A stretch of 64,000 nucleotides of DNA from an uncultured Chloroflexia bacterium. Its GTDB lineage: Bacteria; Chloroflexota; Anaerolineae; Anaerolineales; UBA4823. Made by a program: the position numbers and the translations under genes. The stretch spans positions 33,840-97,839 of the forward strand of contig CAVZSS010000035.1 in assembly GCA_963777965.1 (NCBI GenBank), given 5' to 3'. Below, piece after piece: positions 11,060 to 21,980 of this stretch. Every line of letters starts with the position of its first letter. Position 1 is the first letter of the stretch. The notes under the pieces were generated by a model. That model had not been told where the DNA came from, ran no database searches, and saw only the letters and a program-made list of their open reading frames with translations.

Positions 11060-11935
11060 ATGACCAAGAAGTTCTCTCTAACACCCTACATATTCCTTAC
11101 ACCCGCATTGGTCGTGGTTGCCATCTTTGTGGTTTATCCTATTTTTGCAGTCTTATATTACAGCTTTACAGATTACAGCATCGTAACCCCGCCAGTATGG
11201 GTTGGGTTGAAGAATTATACCTGGCTGATCCACGACCCAATCTTCTGGAGAGCGTTAGGGCATTCCTTCATTTACTTGTTGGTGACACCCATATTGATTG
11301 TCCTTTCAGTCTTACTAGCCATTGTTGTCAACCGGAAACTTCCTGGCATTCATATCTACCGCGCCTTGTTTTTTATCCCGGTCATCAGTGGCAGTATTGC
11401 TGTCGGGATCGCCTGGCGTTTGATGCTGGATACCAACGGCATCATCAACGCTGTTCTGCTTTCTGTGGGCATTCTCAAAGAGCCTATTCAGTGGCTGGCG
11501 GAACCTGCTTTGACGCTGCCGTTTTGCATGGCTCTGACCATCTGGTTGGGGGTCGGGTATTATATGATGATCTTCCTGGCCGGCCTACAGAACATCCCCG
11601 AAGAGTTATACGATGCAGCAATGCTCGATGGTTGCAACAGCTGGCAGAAGCACCGATTTGTTACTATCCCCGGCTTACGACCGCAGATTACCTTCGTGGC
11701 GGTCATCTCGAGCCTGGCTGCACTGCAAGTATTTAATGAGGTTTTTACGCTCACTGGGGGCATGGGCGGTCTGCTGCAAAGTGCGTATACAGTTGTGTTT
11801 TATCTCTGGCAACAAGCCTTCAGGTTGAGCCATGCTGGAAAAGCATCCGCAATTGCGGTGGCTTTACTGGTCATAACATTGTCATTCTCAATTTTCAATA
11901 TCCGTCTTCTAGAAAGGGGAACGGAGGCGGATTAA
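11060..11935 (+). CDS. Carbohydrate ABC transporter permease (MalF/UgpA-like)
   Basis: Hydrophobic helices; EAA loop ELYDAAMLDG. Confidence 0.92.
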   Translation: MTKKFSLTPYIFLTPALVVVAIFVVYPIFAVLYYSFTDYSIVTPPVWVGLKNYTWLIHDPIFWRALGHSFIYLLVTPILIVLSVLLAIVVNRKLPGIHIYRALFFIPVISGSIAVGIAWRLMLDTNGIINAVLLSVGILKEPIQWLAEPALTLPFCMALTIWLGVGYYMMIFLAGLQNIPEELYDAAMLDGCNSWQKHRFVTIPGLRPQITFVAVISSLAALQVFNEVFTLTGGMGGLLQSAYTVVFYLWQQAFRLSHAGKASAIAVALLVITLSFSIFNIRLLERGTEAD

Positions 11936-12804
11936 TGGCGAGACAAGCAATCATTAAGGATGACCATACCAGGGCAGTGCTTCAGCGAGCGGTCCAGAAT
12001 TTTGGCCTATATATCATATTAACCTGCGTGGCGATTGTGACCGTTTTTCCCTTTCTGTGGGTATTTTTTACCTCTTTCAAAGGACCGACGGACGCGATCT
12101 ATTCTGTACCGCCGCAGTTAATTCCCCATGAACCCACCCTGGCGAACTATATCCGCGTCTGGAACTTTCTGCCGGTAGGGCGTTTCTTTATCAACAGTAT
12201 CATCGTCACCCTGAGTGTGGTGTTTTTAAATACCCTTTTCACCTCGCTGGCTGCATACCCATTGGCCAAGATGAAATTCACGGGTAGAAATACAATATTC
12301 TATTTACTCCTGGTGACATATATCATACCCTCCGCACTTACTGCCATCCCTAGCTATATCCTGGCGGTGAGAGTATTTCATTATTACGACCATATTCAAG
12401 CTGCTGTCCTACCTTACCTGGCAACAGTATTCAATATCTTCCTGCTTCGGCAGGCGTATAAAGGTGTGCCGAACGATCTGATTGACGCCGGGCATGTGGA
12501 TGGCGCCAGCGAATTCCGGATCTGGTGGAGTATCGTCATACCCATTATTCGCCCTTCCCTTGCGACAGTGGCCATCATCACTTTCGTCGAACAGTGGAAT
12601 AACTTTTTCTGGCCTTCCCTGGTGCTCCCTACGATGACAAATAAAACCCTTCAGGTTGGTCTGGTTGCCTTACAAGGCGCGTTTGTAAGTGATGCACGCG
12701 GCACCGCCGCGGGGGTAGTCATGACGGTAGTACCGATGATCGCCTTTTTCCTCCTGCTCCAGAAACAGTTCATCCGCGGCCTAACCGGTGCAGTGAAGGG
12801 CTAA
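11935..12804 (+). CDS. Carbohydrate ABC transporter permease (MalG/UgpE-like)
   Basis: LIDAGHVDGASEF loop, WNNFFWP, C-terminal GLTGAVKG; translationally coupled TAATG. Confidence 0.92.
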   Translation: MARQAIIKDDHTRAVLQRAVQNFGLYIILTCVAIVTVFPFLWVFFTSFKGPTDAIYSVPPQLIPHEPTLANYIRVWNFLPVGRFFINSIIVTLSVVFLNTLFTSLAAYPLAKMKFTGRNTIFYLLLVTYIIPSALTAIPSYILAVRVFHYYDHIQAAVLPYLATVFNIFLLRQAYKGVPNDLIDAGHVDGASEFRIWWSIVIPIIRPSLATVAIITFVEQWNNFFWPSLVLPTMTNKTLQVGLVALQGAFVSDARGTAAGVVMTVVPMIAFFLLLQKQFIRGLTGAVKG

Positions 12805-12807
12805 ACC

Positions 12808-15018
12808 ATGCCTGATAGTGAATTGAGATCTTCCCGTCCATTGAAAGTGGTCATTTTAGCTGCCGGTAAAGAGTCTGGTTCACCAGAAGCCAGACTGATT
12901 TTGCTTCAGAACTTGGGAGGTCGCAAGGTTGTCGACTATGTAGTCCAAAATGCAGTCCAGCTGGTGCCGCCTGAAGACATCTACGTCATTGTCGGTCACG
13001 GGCAGGAGGAGATGCGCCTCCATTTAGGGAATGCCTACAAATTTATCCACCAGGAAGAGCAGCTAGGAACCGGTCATGCGGTTTTACAGCTCGAGCCAAT
13101 GCTCAAAGACCTGCATGGCGACTTGCTAATCCTTTACGGCGATACGCCTCTTTTCCGACCGGACTCAATCCGCGGCCTGCTAAACCGCCATCGCTTACGC
13201 CAGGCAGAACTCACCTTGCTGACGGCAGGTTGTTGATCGCGCCTACCCTTATGGTCGCATCATCCGTGATAGTGGTGGAAACATGATTGACATTATCGAG
13301 GAAACTGAAGCTACTGCCTTCGTCCGCAAGATCCGAGAGTTGAACGTCGGGGCTTATGTAGTACGCACCGATACTATTTTCCCCGCCCTGGAAAAACTCT
13401 CGCCTTCACCCGTTGATGGTACCTATCGGTTTACGGACTGTGTCCATCAACTCATCCGCTCCGGTCTGAAGGTTGAAACCTACCAGACCTATGACCAGGA
13501 TGAGGTGCAGGGTATCAACACATCAGACGACCTGGCATCCGCCGAATTTATCCTCAAGAAGCGGCTTTTCCAGCCACATCGGCTGGAAGATGAAGATCGG
13601 GTCGCCTTCGGCACCGGCGGTTGGCGTGCCATCATCGGCGAAGGTTTCACCATGCACAACGTTCGCAGGTTGTCGCAGGCATTGGCTAACGAGATTATCC
13701 GCCAGGGTCAGGAACGGCGTGGTGTTGTCATCGGCTTTGACCGGCGATTCCTGTCCGACCGGGCTGCCGAGACAGCTGCAGAGGTCTTTGCTGGCAATGA
13801 CATTCCCGTGATCTTGCTGACCGAAGATGCCCCAACCCCTCTCATCACTTACGCCACTGCCCAGCAGAATTCTGCTTATGGCCTGGCATTCACGGCCAGC
13901 CACAACCCGCCAGAATGGAACGGCCTGAAAGTTTTTCGAGGGGACGGCTCGCTGCTGCTCGACGAGGAGACCCAGCAGATTGAGGCTGAGACCAATCAGC
14001 TGACCTCCAACCAGGTAGTCAGGTTGGACCTGGACCTGGCGCTTAAGGCGGGCATTGTCTGCCGCCGTGATATGACCAATGACTACGTTGACGCGGTCGA
14101 GAAGCTGATCGACCTGGATACGATCCGCAAGGCAGGTCTACGGGTCATCGTCGACCCGATGTATGGTGTCGGTCAGCTCACACTCGGTATCATCCTCACC
14201 GAGGCGCGCTGCCGGGTGACCTTCATCCACGAACGCCACGATCCGCTCTTCGGCGGGCATTCCCCAGCACCAAACCTGGATGCTTTACGCTTGCTGACCA
14301 CCCAGCTCATCGAGGGCAAATTTGACCTTGGCCTGGCCACCGATGGCGATGCTGACCGTATCGCCATCGTGGACGAAAAAGGGCGTTACATATCGACCAA
14401 CGATTTGCTACTCCTGGTCTACTGGTACCTGCACGAGGTGCGCGGCGAGCGGGGCGGTGTGGTCCGCAACCTGGCAACCACGCACCTGCTCGACCGGCAT
14501 GGCAGCTGCATTCGGCGAAAAGAGCTTCGAGGTTCCGGTGGGCTTCAAGCACATCGCCGCGGCCATGGTTGCACATAACGCCCTGCTGGGCGGCGAATCG
14601 AGCGGTGGTCTCACCGTGCGAGGCCATATCCTTGGCAAGGATGGTATCTTTGCCTGCGCTCTGGTGGTCGAGATGCTGGCGCGCACAGGAAAGTGTATTT
14701 CTGAGATGCAGGATGAAGTCTGGAAAATCACCGGTCGATTGTACTCGCTAGAGGAGAGCATCCCGGCCACGCCTGATATGCGCGTCAGGATCCCAACACT
14801 GATCAAGGAAACGCCAATTATCTCTATTGGTACATATCCAGTGCTATCCGTATCCCACGTCGATGGCACCAAGGTGCTGCTGGAAAACGATAACTGGGCA
14901 CTTCTGCGCTTCTCTGGGACGGAACCGGTCCTACGCCTGATGGTCGAGGCGGATTCAACCCGAGAAGGCCCAGGAAATGATCGATTGGCTCAAGCAGTTC
15001 TGTTCTTCAGCAGGCTGA
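12808..15018 (+). CDS. Fusion: GlmU-like nucleotidyltransferase domain + alpha-D-phosphohexomutase (frameshifts near 13230, 14497, 14958)
   Basis: VILAAG, QEEQLGTGHAV, LYGDTP, YGRII, QGIN (GlmU N-domain) then FGTGGWR, TASHNP, DGDADR, GGESSGG, RFSGTEP (PGM/PMM); junction lies within one unbroken ORF 13283-14578. Confidence 0.85.
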
Positions 15019-15117
15019 GAGTTCGATCCCGGATAGGTATCGGCCTCATCACTTAATGGATATAGCCGTTGGATATGCTGGAATTCCCCAAAAACTTAAT
15101 AATTATCTGGAGGGAGA

Positions 15118-17520
15118 ATGCATTACGGATAGTTTGACAACGAAAACCGGGAGTATGTGATTGAGCGACCCGACATCCCCGTTTCATGGACGAATTATAT
15201 CGGCGTCAGGGACCTGTGTGCAGTCCTCTCGCACAATGCGTGGTGGTTACTCCTTCTACCAGTCCGCCGAGCACCATCGCATCACACGTTTCCGGCAGAA
15301 TGGAGTCCCGCTCGACCGACCCGGGCATTATGTCTACATACGCGATGACGAGTCCGGCGAATACTGGTCGATCTCCTGGCAGCCGGTCGGCAGGGACCTT
15401 TCCCAGGCCAGCTACCAGGTCCGGCACGGGCTATCCTATTCCAGGTTCACATGTGACACTGAGGGCATCCAGCTCGGAACAGCTGGTTTTCATCCCGGTC
15501 GAGGATGACGTGGAACTCTGGGATGTGCACCTCAAGAACACCTCCGAGAAACCCCGTCAGCTTGAGCGTTTTTTCCTACGTCGAGTTTTCCTTTCACCAC
15601 ATCGAGATCGACAACCAGAACCTGCAGATGAGCCTTTACGCCAGCGGTTCAAATTACCTGGATGGCATCATCGAGTACGATTTCTTTTACGAACCCTGGA
15701 CATTTCATTATATGGCCTCCAGCTTTACTCCCGATAGTTTCGACTGCGTTCGGGATCGTTTTCTGGGAAGTTACCACACCGGAATCGAACCCTGAGGCTG
15801 TCACCAATGGGAAATGCTCCGGCAGCAGCGAGCTGGGCGGCAATTCCTGCGGCTGCACTGCACAAACACCTGCTGCTTAAGCCAGGCCAGGAAGAACGCC
15901 TCATCTTCATGCTGGGCGTTGGACCACGTTCCACCGGCAGGAAGATGCGGAAAAAGTATTCCAGTTTCACCAGCAGTGGATGCAGCTTTTACCAGCTTGA
16001 AGGACTACTGGCAGAAGAAGTTGGACGTCTTCCAGTGCAAGACACCTAACGCCGGTCTGAACACCATGGTCAACACCTGGAATCTGTACCAGGCTGAGAC
16101 CTGCGTGGTCTGGTCGCGCTTCGCATCGTTCATCGAGGTTGGCGGACGCACCGGGCTGGGCTACCGCGATACCTCCCAGGATGTGATGAGTGTTCCGCAT
16201 ACCAATCCCGGAAAAGGTCAAACAGCGCTTGATCGAGCTATTCCACGGGCAGGTCAGTCAGGGTTACGGGTTGCATCTCTTCGATCCGAAGGTATTCAAA
16301 CCGAAGAGAGAACCGCTGCCGGCGCCAAGCTGCCCACCGTGGTCCCAACACCCAACCCGGCAGATATCATCCACGGCTTGAAAGATACCTGTTCGGACGA
16401 TGCACTGTGGATCATCGCCTCGGTCTGTGAGTATGTTAAGGAGACCGGTGATATCGCCTTCTTCGACCAGGTTGTACCATTTGCCGATGGGGGAGAGGCA
16501 TCGGTCTATGAACACTTGAAACGCTCATTGGATTTCTCCGCCGAACAGGTGGGCACGACTGGCATCTGCAAGGGTCTACGCGCTGATTGGAACGATTGCC
16601 TGAACCTTGGCGGCGGCGAGAGTGCCATGGTCTCGTTCCTGCACCATTGGGCATTGATCAATTTCATCGAAGCTGCTAAGTTCCTGGGTCGCCAGGAAGA
16701 TGTCGAAAAATACACCCTCATGGCTGAGACAGTCCGCCAGGCCTGTGAAGATAATCTTTGGGATGGTGAGTGGTACCTGCGCGGCTTCACACACAAGGGT
16801 ATCAAGATCGGTTCCGCCCAGAACGATGAAGGCAAGATCTTCCTGGAAAGCAACTCGCTGGCAGTTCTTTCCGAAGCAGCCTCACCGGAGCGCGGGCGAA
16901 AGTGCATGGACTCGGTGGACAAATATCTGTATTCCAGATTTGGCATCCACTTGCTCTGGCCGGCCTTCTCCAAGCCAGATGACGATATCGGTTACGTGAC
17001 CCGGGTTTACAAGGGCATCAAGGAAAACGGGGCAATCTTCAGCCATCCAAATCCGTGGGCGGTGGTGGCCGAATGCAAACTCGGGCGTGGCGACCGGGCG
17101 ATGAAATTCTACGATGCTTTGCTGCCCTACAACCAGAACGACATGATCGAGATCCGCCAAGCCGAGCCGTATTCCTATTGCCAGTTCGTCATGGGTCGCG
17201 ACCATACTGCTCATGGCCGGGCGCGGCATCCCTGGCTAACCGGCAGCGCCGGCTGGATGTACCACGCCGTCACGCATTGGATCCTGGGCGTGCGCGTCGA
17301 CTACGAAGGCTTGATCATCGATCCCTGCATCCCTGCTCATTGGAAAGAATTCGAGGTCACGCGCCAGTGGCGGGGTGCCACCTACCAGATCGAGGTAAAA
17401 AATCCTGTGGGGGTACAAAAAGGCGTCAGGGGAATCCGCTTGAATGGTAAACCAATTGCTAATCCAATCCCACAGCAACCGGTAGGGTCCTTCAATCGGA
17501 TTATTATCGAAATGGGGTGA
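15118..17520 (+). CDS. chbP: GH94 N,N'-diacetylchitobiose phosphorylase (several frameshifts and one in-frame TAG at codon 5)
   Basis: MHYG.FDNENREYVI, RFRQNG..DRPG, SRFASFIEVGGRTGLGYRDT, ADWNDCLNLGGGES, KENGAIFSHPNPW, HPWLTGSAGW match Vibrio-type ChbP; GGAG RBS. Confidence 0.88.
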
Positions 17521-17769
17521 CGGGAGATGGTTGAAAAGCTACTTGGGGTTGCTATAAGGATGATGGGATAGAACATGGCTGCTCATCACATCTCCTTGTT
17601 TCATGCAGTAGTCAATATTAGGTTGTAGATTTACGTGATCCGGTATGGAAATAATGGACATAATGGATAAAAATACTCCCATGGATGGGCTCTTAATAAG
17701 TTGACCAGAGCACCAAGTCCTTCGTGGGTCACTTGAAAACATCTTTTCCCCCTCATATCGCTTACCTAC

Positions 17770-18847
17770 TTATACAACCAATATCATCGGCCTGGCGATC
17801 CCATCAACGACCGTAACCGGCCAATCAGGCATCTCTGTCAGGATTTCATTGTGGTCCTCCCCCACAAGAATAGTATCCTCAGATTTGTAACCCGTGATGG
17901 AAGGATTCCAGGCATATGCCTGCCCTGCGCTAACCCGGTCTACAGAAGCGGTCAAGGCCAGGTATTCGCGCGGCTCATATCCTGAGGCACCGCCCTGGTG
18001 GTGTTTTTGCCATTCGCCAGGGAAACCCTGCGCGGCATAAGCTGAAATCGCATTTTCAAAGATCTCCCCCAGGGTTCGGCCAGGACGGGTAGACTTAATG
18101 AATTCGGCATCGACCTTTGCACAGGCTGCCGCTTTTTGCCTGAGCTCATCTGGTAGAGGTCCAAAATGGACCAGGCGAGTGAGCGAACAGATCAACCCGG
18201 TTTGCCGCCCACACAGGATGAGCATGGCATACCTGTCGAGCTTTTTGGCGGTTGGCAGAGGATGGCGATAGGAGTAAATCCGCTCATCCGTAGCAATCAG
18301 GTTGACGATCGCCTGCACGCCTTGTTTTTCGGCTTCAAAGGCCAACCTGGAGGCGATTTCATACTCGGTCTGCCCTGGCCTGACAGTTTCGGTAGCGTTT
18401 TTCACAGCCTGGGCACAACTCTTTCCCAAGGCACGGAATCGGTCCCCTTCTTCAGGTGTAAGCCTGGCACGCAAACGGGCTAACTCAGCTGAGAGATCAA
18501 CAGCCCCAGGGTAAGGACTATCCGAGGCCAAGCTTTAAACCGCGGTATAAATCTACCACCGCATCATGACTTTCATACCAGGGAAAAATAACCGACTCCC
18601 AGCCCTGAGCCGCCAGGCCTTGCTCCAATTCCAAGCGGGGTGCTTCGATATTGGTGGTGACCAGATACTTCTTATCTTGCGTGATCAATAATGCCGCCAA
18701 CCCATTCGTGGATGCCGTATTTATATATGACGAAGCCCCACAGGTCGCCCAGGCAAAGCTGCCAACAGTCTGCAGGTATAGACCGCCCACATTGTAGTCA
18801 GCCATCCAGGCACGGATGATTTCAAGCTTGCGCGAATATTCACTCAC
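17770..18847 (-). CDS. M24 (pita-bread fold) peptidase-like protein (frameshift near 18525)
   Basis: Creatinase-like N-domain, RPGQTEYEIA, YRHP, HHQGG..GY, KSEDT. Confidence 0.8.
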
Positions 18848-18918
18848 AGTACCACCTCAATGATCTTTGGAATATGGCTCCTGCCGTAAAAAAAACAAGC
18901 AGTGCAAATGCAATAATT

Positions 18919-19881
18919 TTATGCCCAGAACATTTCTCCGGGATTCTCCACCGTGACGACCTCGCGCAATGCTGCCAATCCTTTTTGAACACCTTCATCG
19001 AAAGACATCATGCCATCTTCATGCTCAAGGGATATCGCATGATCGTACCCAACCATGCGTAAAGCGGAGACAATATCCTTCCAAACTTTGAGGTCATGCC
19101 CATAACCGATGGTACGGAAAGTCCAGGACCGGTGGGGAATCTCGGTGTATTTCTTATGGTCATTACAGCCATTCACGGCGACATTATACGGATCCACGTA
19201 ACAATCCTTGGCATGCACGTGTACAATCGCATCCCCCAGCTTACGAATGGCAGCCACCGGGTCAACCCCGTTCCAGAATAGGTGGCTGGGATCAAAATTA
19301 CAGCCCATGGCGGGACCACAAACCTCACGCATTCGGAGCATTGTTTCTACATTATAGATGATCATACCCGGGTGCATCTCCACGCCAATCTTCACATTGT
19401 GTCCTTCAGCGAATTTCGAGGCACCCCGCCAATAGGGTATGGCTACCTGATTCCATTGGTAATCCAGAATCTCAAGAAAATGTGGCGGCCAGGGACAGGT
19501 GACCCAATTGGGCATCTTATCGGTCGCTGAACCGGCTGGCAGACCGGCCATCAAATTGATCGCTGGAACTCCGCACATCTCCGCCAGGCGAACAGTCTTA
19601 CGAAATAGCTCATCCGAGTCGGAGGCAATTTGCTTGTCAGGGTCGAGCGGATTCCAATGGCAGCTGAAGGCACTGATGATCATGCCGCGTTCTTCAACGG
19701 CTTTTAAATATAATTTGCGTTTTTCTGCACTTGCCAGCAGGTCATCGATTGGGCAATGATGGGCACCCGGAAGTCCGCCTGTGCCGATCTCTACTGCAGT
19801 TGCCCCGTACGATAATATCTTATCCAATGCCTGCTCATAAGGCAGCTGTTGAAAGATCACTGAAAAGACGCCAATTCTCAT
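18919..19881 (-). CDS. Xylose-isomerase-like TIM barrel (AP endonuclease 2 family; 3-keto-glycoside eliminase-like)
   Basis: EIGTGG, EMHPG, NFDPSH, HVHAKD, SLEHED metal motifs. Confidence 0.85.
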   Translation of the reverse strand: MRIGVFSVIFQQLPYEQALDKILSYGATAVEIGTGGLPGAHHCPIDDLLASAEKRKLYLKAVEERGMIISAFSCHWNPLDPDKQIASDSDELFRKTVRLAEMCGVPAINLMAGLPAGSATDKMPNWVTCPWPPHFLEILDYQWNQVAIPYWRGASKFAEGHNVKIGVEMHPGMIIYNVETMLRMREVCGPAMGCNFDPSHLFWNGVDPVAAIRKLGDAIVHVHAKDCYVDPYNVAVNGCNDHKKYTEIPHRSWTFRTIGYGHDLKVWKDIVSALRMVGYDHAISLEHEDGMMSFDEGVQKGLAALREVVTVENPGEMFWA

Positions 19882-20147
19882 GCTGACTCCTCTTGAAATA
19901 TACTTCTATTGTAAGATCTGAATGAGTTTTTCGCCATGACGGAAAAATCTGCTTTCTGCTTTTTGATGGACCGATCTCACACCCAAAAGTTTGAGTTAAT
20001 GAGGCTCCCATATTCCAAAAAACGATTCATGCCCTCCATATTAATGGGAAGCGGGCGATCATTTATCGCGGAGGGTATGATCCTGGGTGATCCGCTTATT
20101 CATAAAAACCTGGAATGGAGTTCAACGCTCTATTCCAGCGACTTGAC

Positions 20148-20975
20148 TCAGATGAGCTTGCTCAAATGTTCAAAGCTGCGGATCGCGTCAGGGACATTAC
20201 CGCATTCAACGCTGAAAACGATATCATTGGGGCATTTTTTCACGAGGTTGATCATGCGTTTCCAATCCACAACACCATCCCCGCAGGCACACCCGGTGGG
20301 AGTGCCAGTCACTTTTCCGTGTTCTGCCTGGCTCTGTTTTATGCTGATATCTTTGGCATGCAGGTGCACCAGGCGATCCACGACATGGGTAAGCCATTCA
20401 TAGGTGTCGGTGGTGCCGGCCAGGTAGCTGTTCCCGGTATCATAATTGATCCCAATGGCGGATGATTTCACCAGGTCATAGATGCTGTCGAGCCCTTCCA
20501 TGGATTTTGAATATTGCTGGTGAGGTTCAAGGCCGATCTTGATCCCATGCCGTTCTGCCACACGCGCAGCTTCGGTAAGCGTATAGGTCATCAGGATGTA
20601 GTCCATCTCTTTGGTGGTCCACAATGGTTTAGGACCCTCGTCTGTATTCACAACCGGCGCGCCTGCGTCAGCAGCCCAACGGATTGCCAGTTTGAGGTAT
20701 TCAACGCTGATCTCAGGTTTACACAGGGGAGTGTGGGATGAGAGACCCGAGAGTTTTATGTTGTGTTTATCGCACAGCTCGCGCACCCATAATGGATCAT
20801 CAAACATGGAAACACTGTGGAAATAGCCAGCTTCACTTAATAATTCGCGTCCCCAATGGACCATCGGTTCAATGTACTGATAGCCAATTTCTGCAGCTTT
20901 CTCAACACCCCACGCAAAGGGTTTGTCGTGAGAGCGAATGAACTCCATGTTTATACCGAGATATATCTTACCCAT
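20148..20975 (-). CDS. Sugar phosphate isomerase/epimerase (xylose-isomerase-like TIM barrel)
   Basis: GLEPH, NYDTGN, HLHAKD, SVEC. Confidence 0.85.
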   Translation of the reverse strand: MGKIYLGINMEFIRSHDKPFAWGVEKAAEIGYQYIEPMVHWGRELLSEAGYFHSVSMFDDPLWVRELCDKHNIKLSGLSSHTPLCKPEISVEYLKLAIRWAADAGAPVVNTDEGPKPLWTTKEMDYILMTYTLTEAARVAERHGIKIGLEPHQQYSKSMEGLDSIYDLVKSSAIGINYDTGNSYLAGTTDTYEWLTHVVDRLVHLHAKDISIKQSQAEHGKVTGTPTGCACGDGVVDWKRMINLVKKCPNDIVFSVECGNVPDAIRSFEHLSKLI

Positions 20976-21004
20976 ATTACCTCCAATTGAATTATGTATA
21001 ATAA

Positions 21005-21880
21005 TTACTTCGCAGCCAATCGTTTATTGGCGTCATTTACAAGCTCTCTTACAAAAGCCAGGCTTTTCTCGATCATCGGACCACCCTGACCTTCACACTC
21101 TAAACTGACTACACCGTTATAACCAATTTCCACCAGGATATCGAAGCATTTTTTGATATTTTCCTTATTGACACCATCGCCAATGGCGCACTGGCTGACA
21201 GCAATCCCGGTCAATTCACCACGCAAGGAGGCAGCCAACGTTTCACTGACATCCTTGATGTGCACATGGCTGACCTTGTTTTGGAATTTTCTCAGGAATG
21301 CAACGGGATCCTGACCTGCAATAAATGTATTACCCGTATCCATATTCATGCGCAGGTATGGGCTGTCCACGAAAGCAAGCATCTTTTCCATGAATTCAGG
21401 CTTGGTGGTGTAAAAGCCATGCGGCTCAATATCAATGATCATCTTGTAGCGTTCGGCAACTTCCATGATCTGCCCGTAGGCACGTTTCATGATGTCGAGT
21501 GCTTCCTCATGCGATAGACCTTTCGGTGCAAACCGGTCATCCGTGGTGTCGATATGGTCACAGCCTGCCAGGTAAGCCCAGCGGATGGTGCGGAGAACAT
21601 ATTCCACACCCAGGCTGGTTCCGGTTGGTAAAGACATGGGGAATGCGGCATCAATTTGTGAGAATTTAACCCCATAACTGGCGGCTTTATCGCGCCACAT
21701 CAACGGATCTTCCCACATGGCAACATGAGGTTGGTAACCCAACCCGTGGATCCAGCTAACCCCATCGATCATCCCACACTCGATCCAATGAACGTCATTC
21801 TTTTGTGCCCATTGCAGCGATTGCTCAAAACTCCAATAACTGCTGTTAAAGGCATCCGTATGAAAACCAATCTCGATCAT
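21005..21880 (-). CDS. Sugar phosphate isomerase/epimerase (xylose-isomerase-like TIM barrel)
   Basis: IEPHG, NMDTGN, HVHIKD, SLECE; start MIEIGFH after AAGGA RBS. Confidence 0.85.
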   Translation of the reverse strand: MIEIGFHTDAFNSSYWSFEQSLQWAQKNDVHWIECGMIDGVSWIHGLGYQPHVAMWEDPLMWRDKAASYGVKFSQIDAAFPMSLPTGTSLGVEYVLRTIRWAYLAGCDHIDTTDDRFAPKGLSHEEALDIMKRAYGQIMEVAERYKMIIDIEPHGFYTTKPEFMEKMLAFVDSPYLRMNMDTGNTFIAGQDPVAFLRKFQNKVSHVHIKDVSETLAASLRGELTGIAVSQCAIGDGVNKENIKKCFDILVEIGYNGVVSLECEGQGGPMIEKSLAFVRELVNDANKRLAAK

Positions 21881-21922
21881 GGCTTTCGAATTCCTTTTAT
21901 TAAAAATATTTGTAGATAAGAA

Positions 21923-21951
21923 TGAGCCCGCCCGAAAATCGAGCGGGCTCA
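21923..21951 (-). terminator. Hairpin/terminator after SBP gene
   Basis: TGAGCCCGC...GCGGGCTCA stem with weak U-rich tail on minus strand. Confidence 0.6.
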
Positions 21952-21980
21952 AATCATTAGAATTGTTACAAAACTTAAAC

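Noticed and set aside
15130..15132. In-frame TAG at codon 5 of chbP as possible pyrrolysine or stop-codon recoding
   Set aside because: Homologs have Tyr (YGYFD) here, one base from TAT/TAC; TAG terminates other genes normally in this window; the gene has many other errors
19882..20147. ORF 19936-20403 and alternative hairpins (CATGCCCTCC/GGAGGGTATG) in the intergenic gap
   Set aside because: The ORF is antisense to a real gene; the structure matches no riboswitch I recognise and the stems are modest
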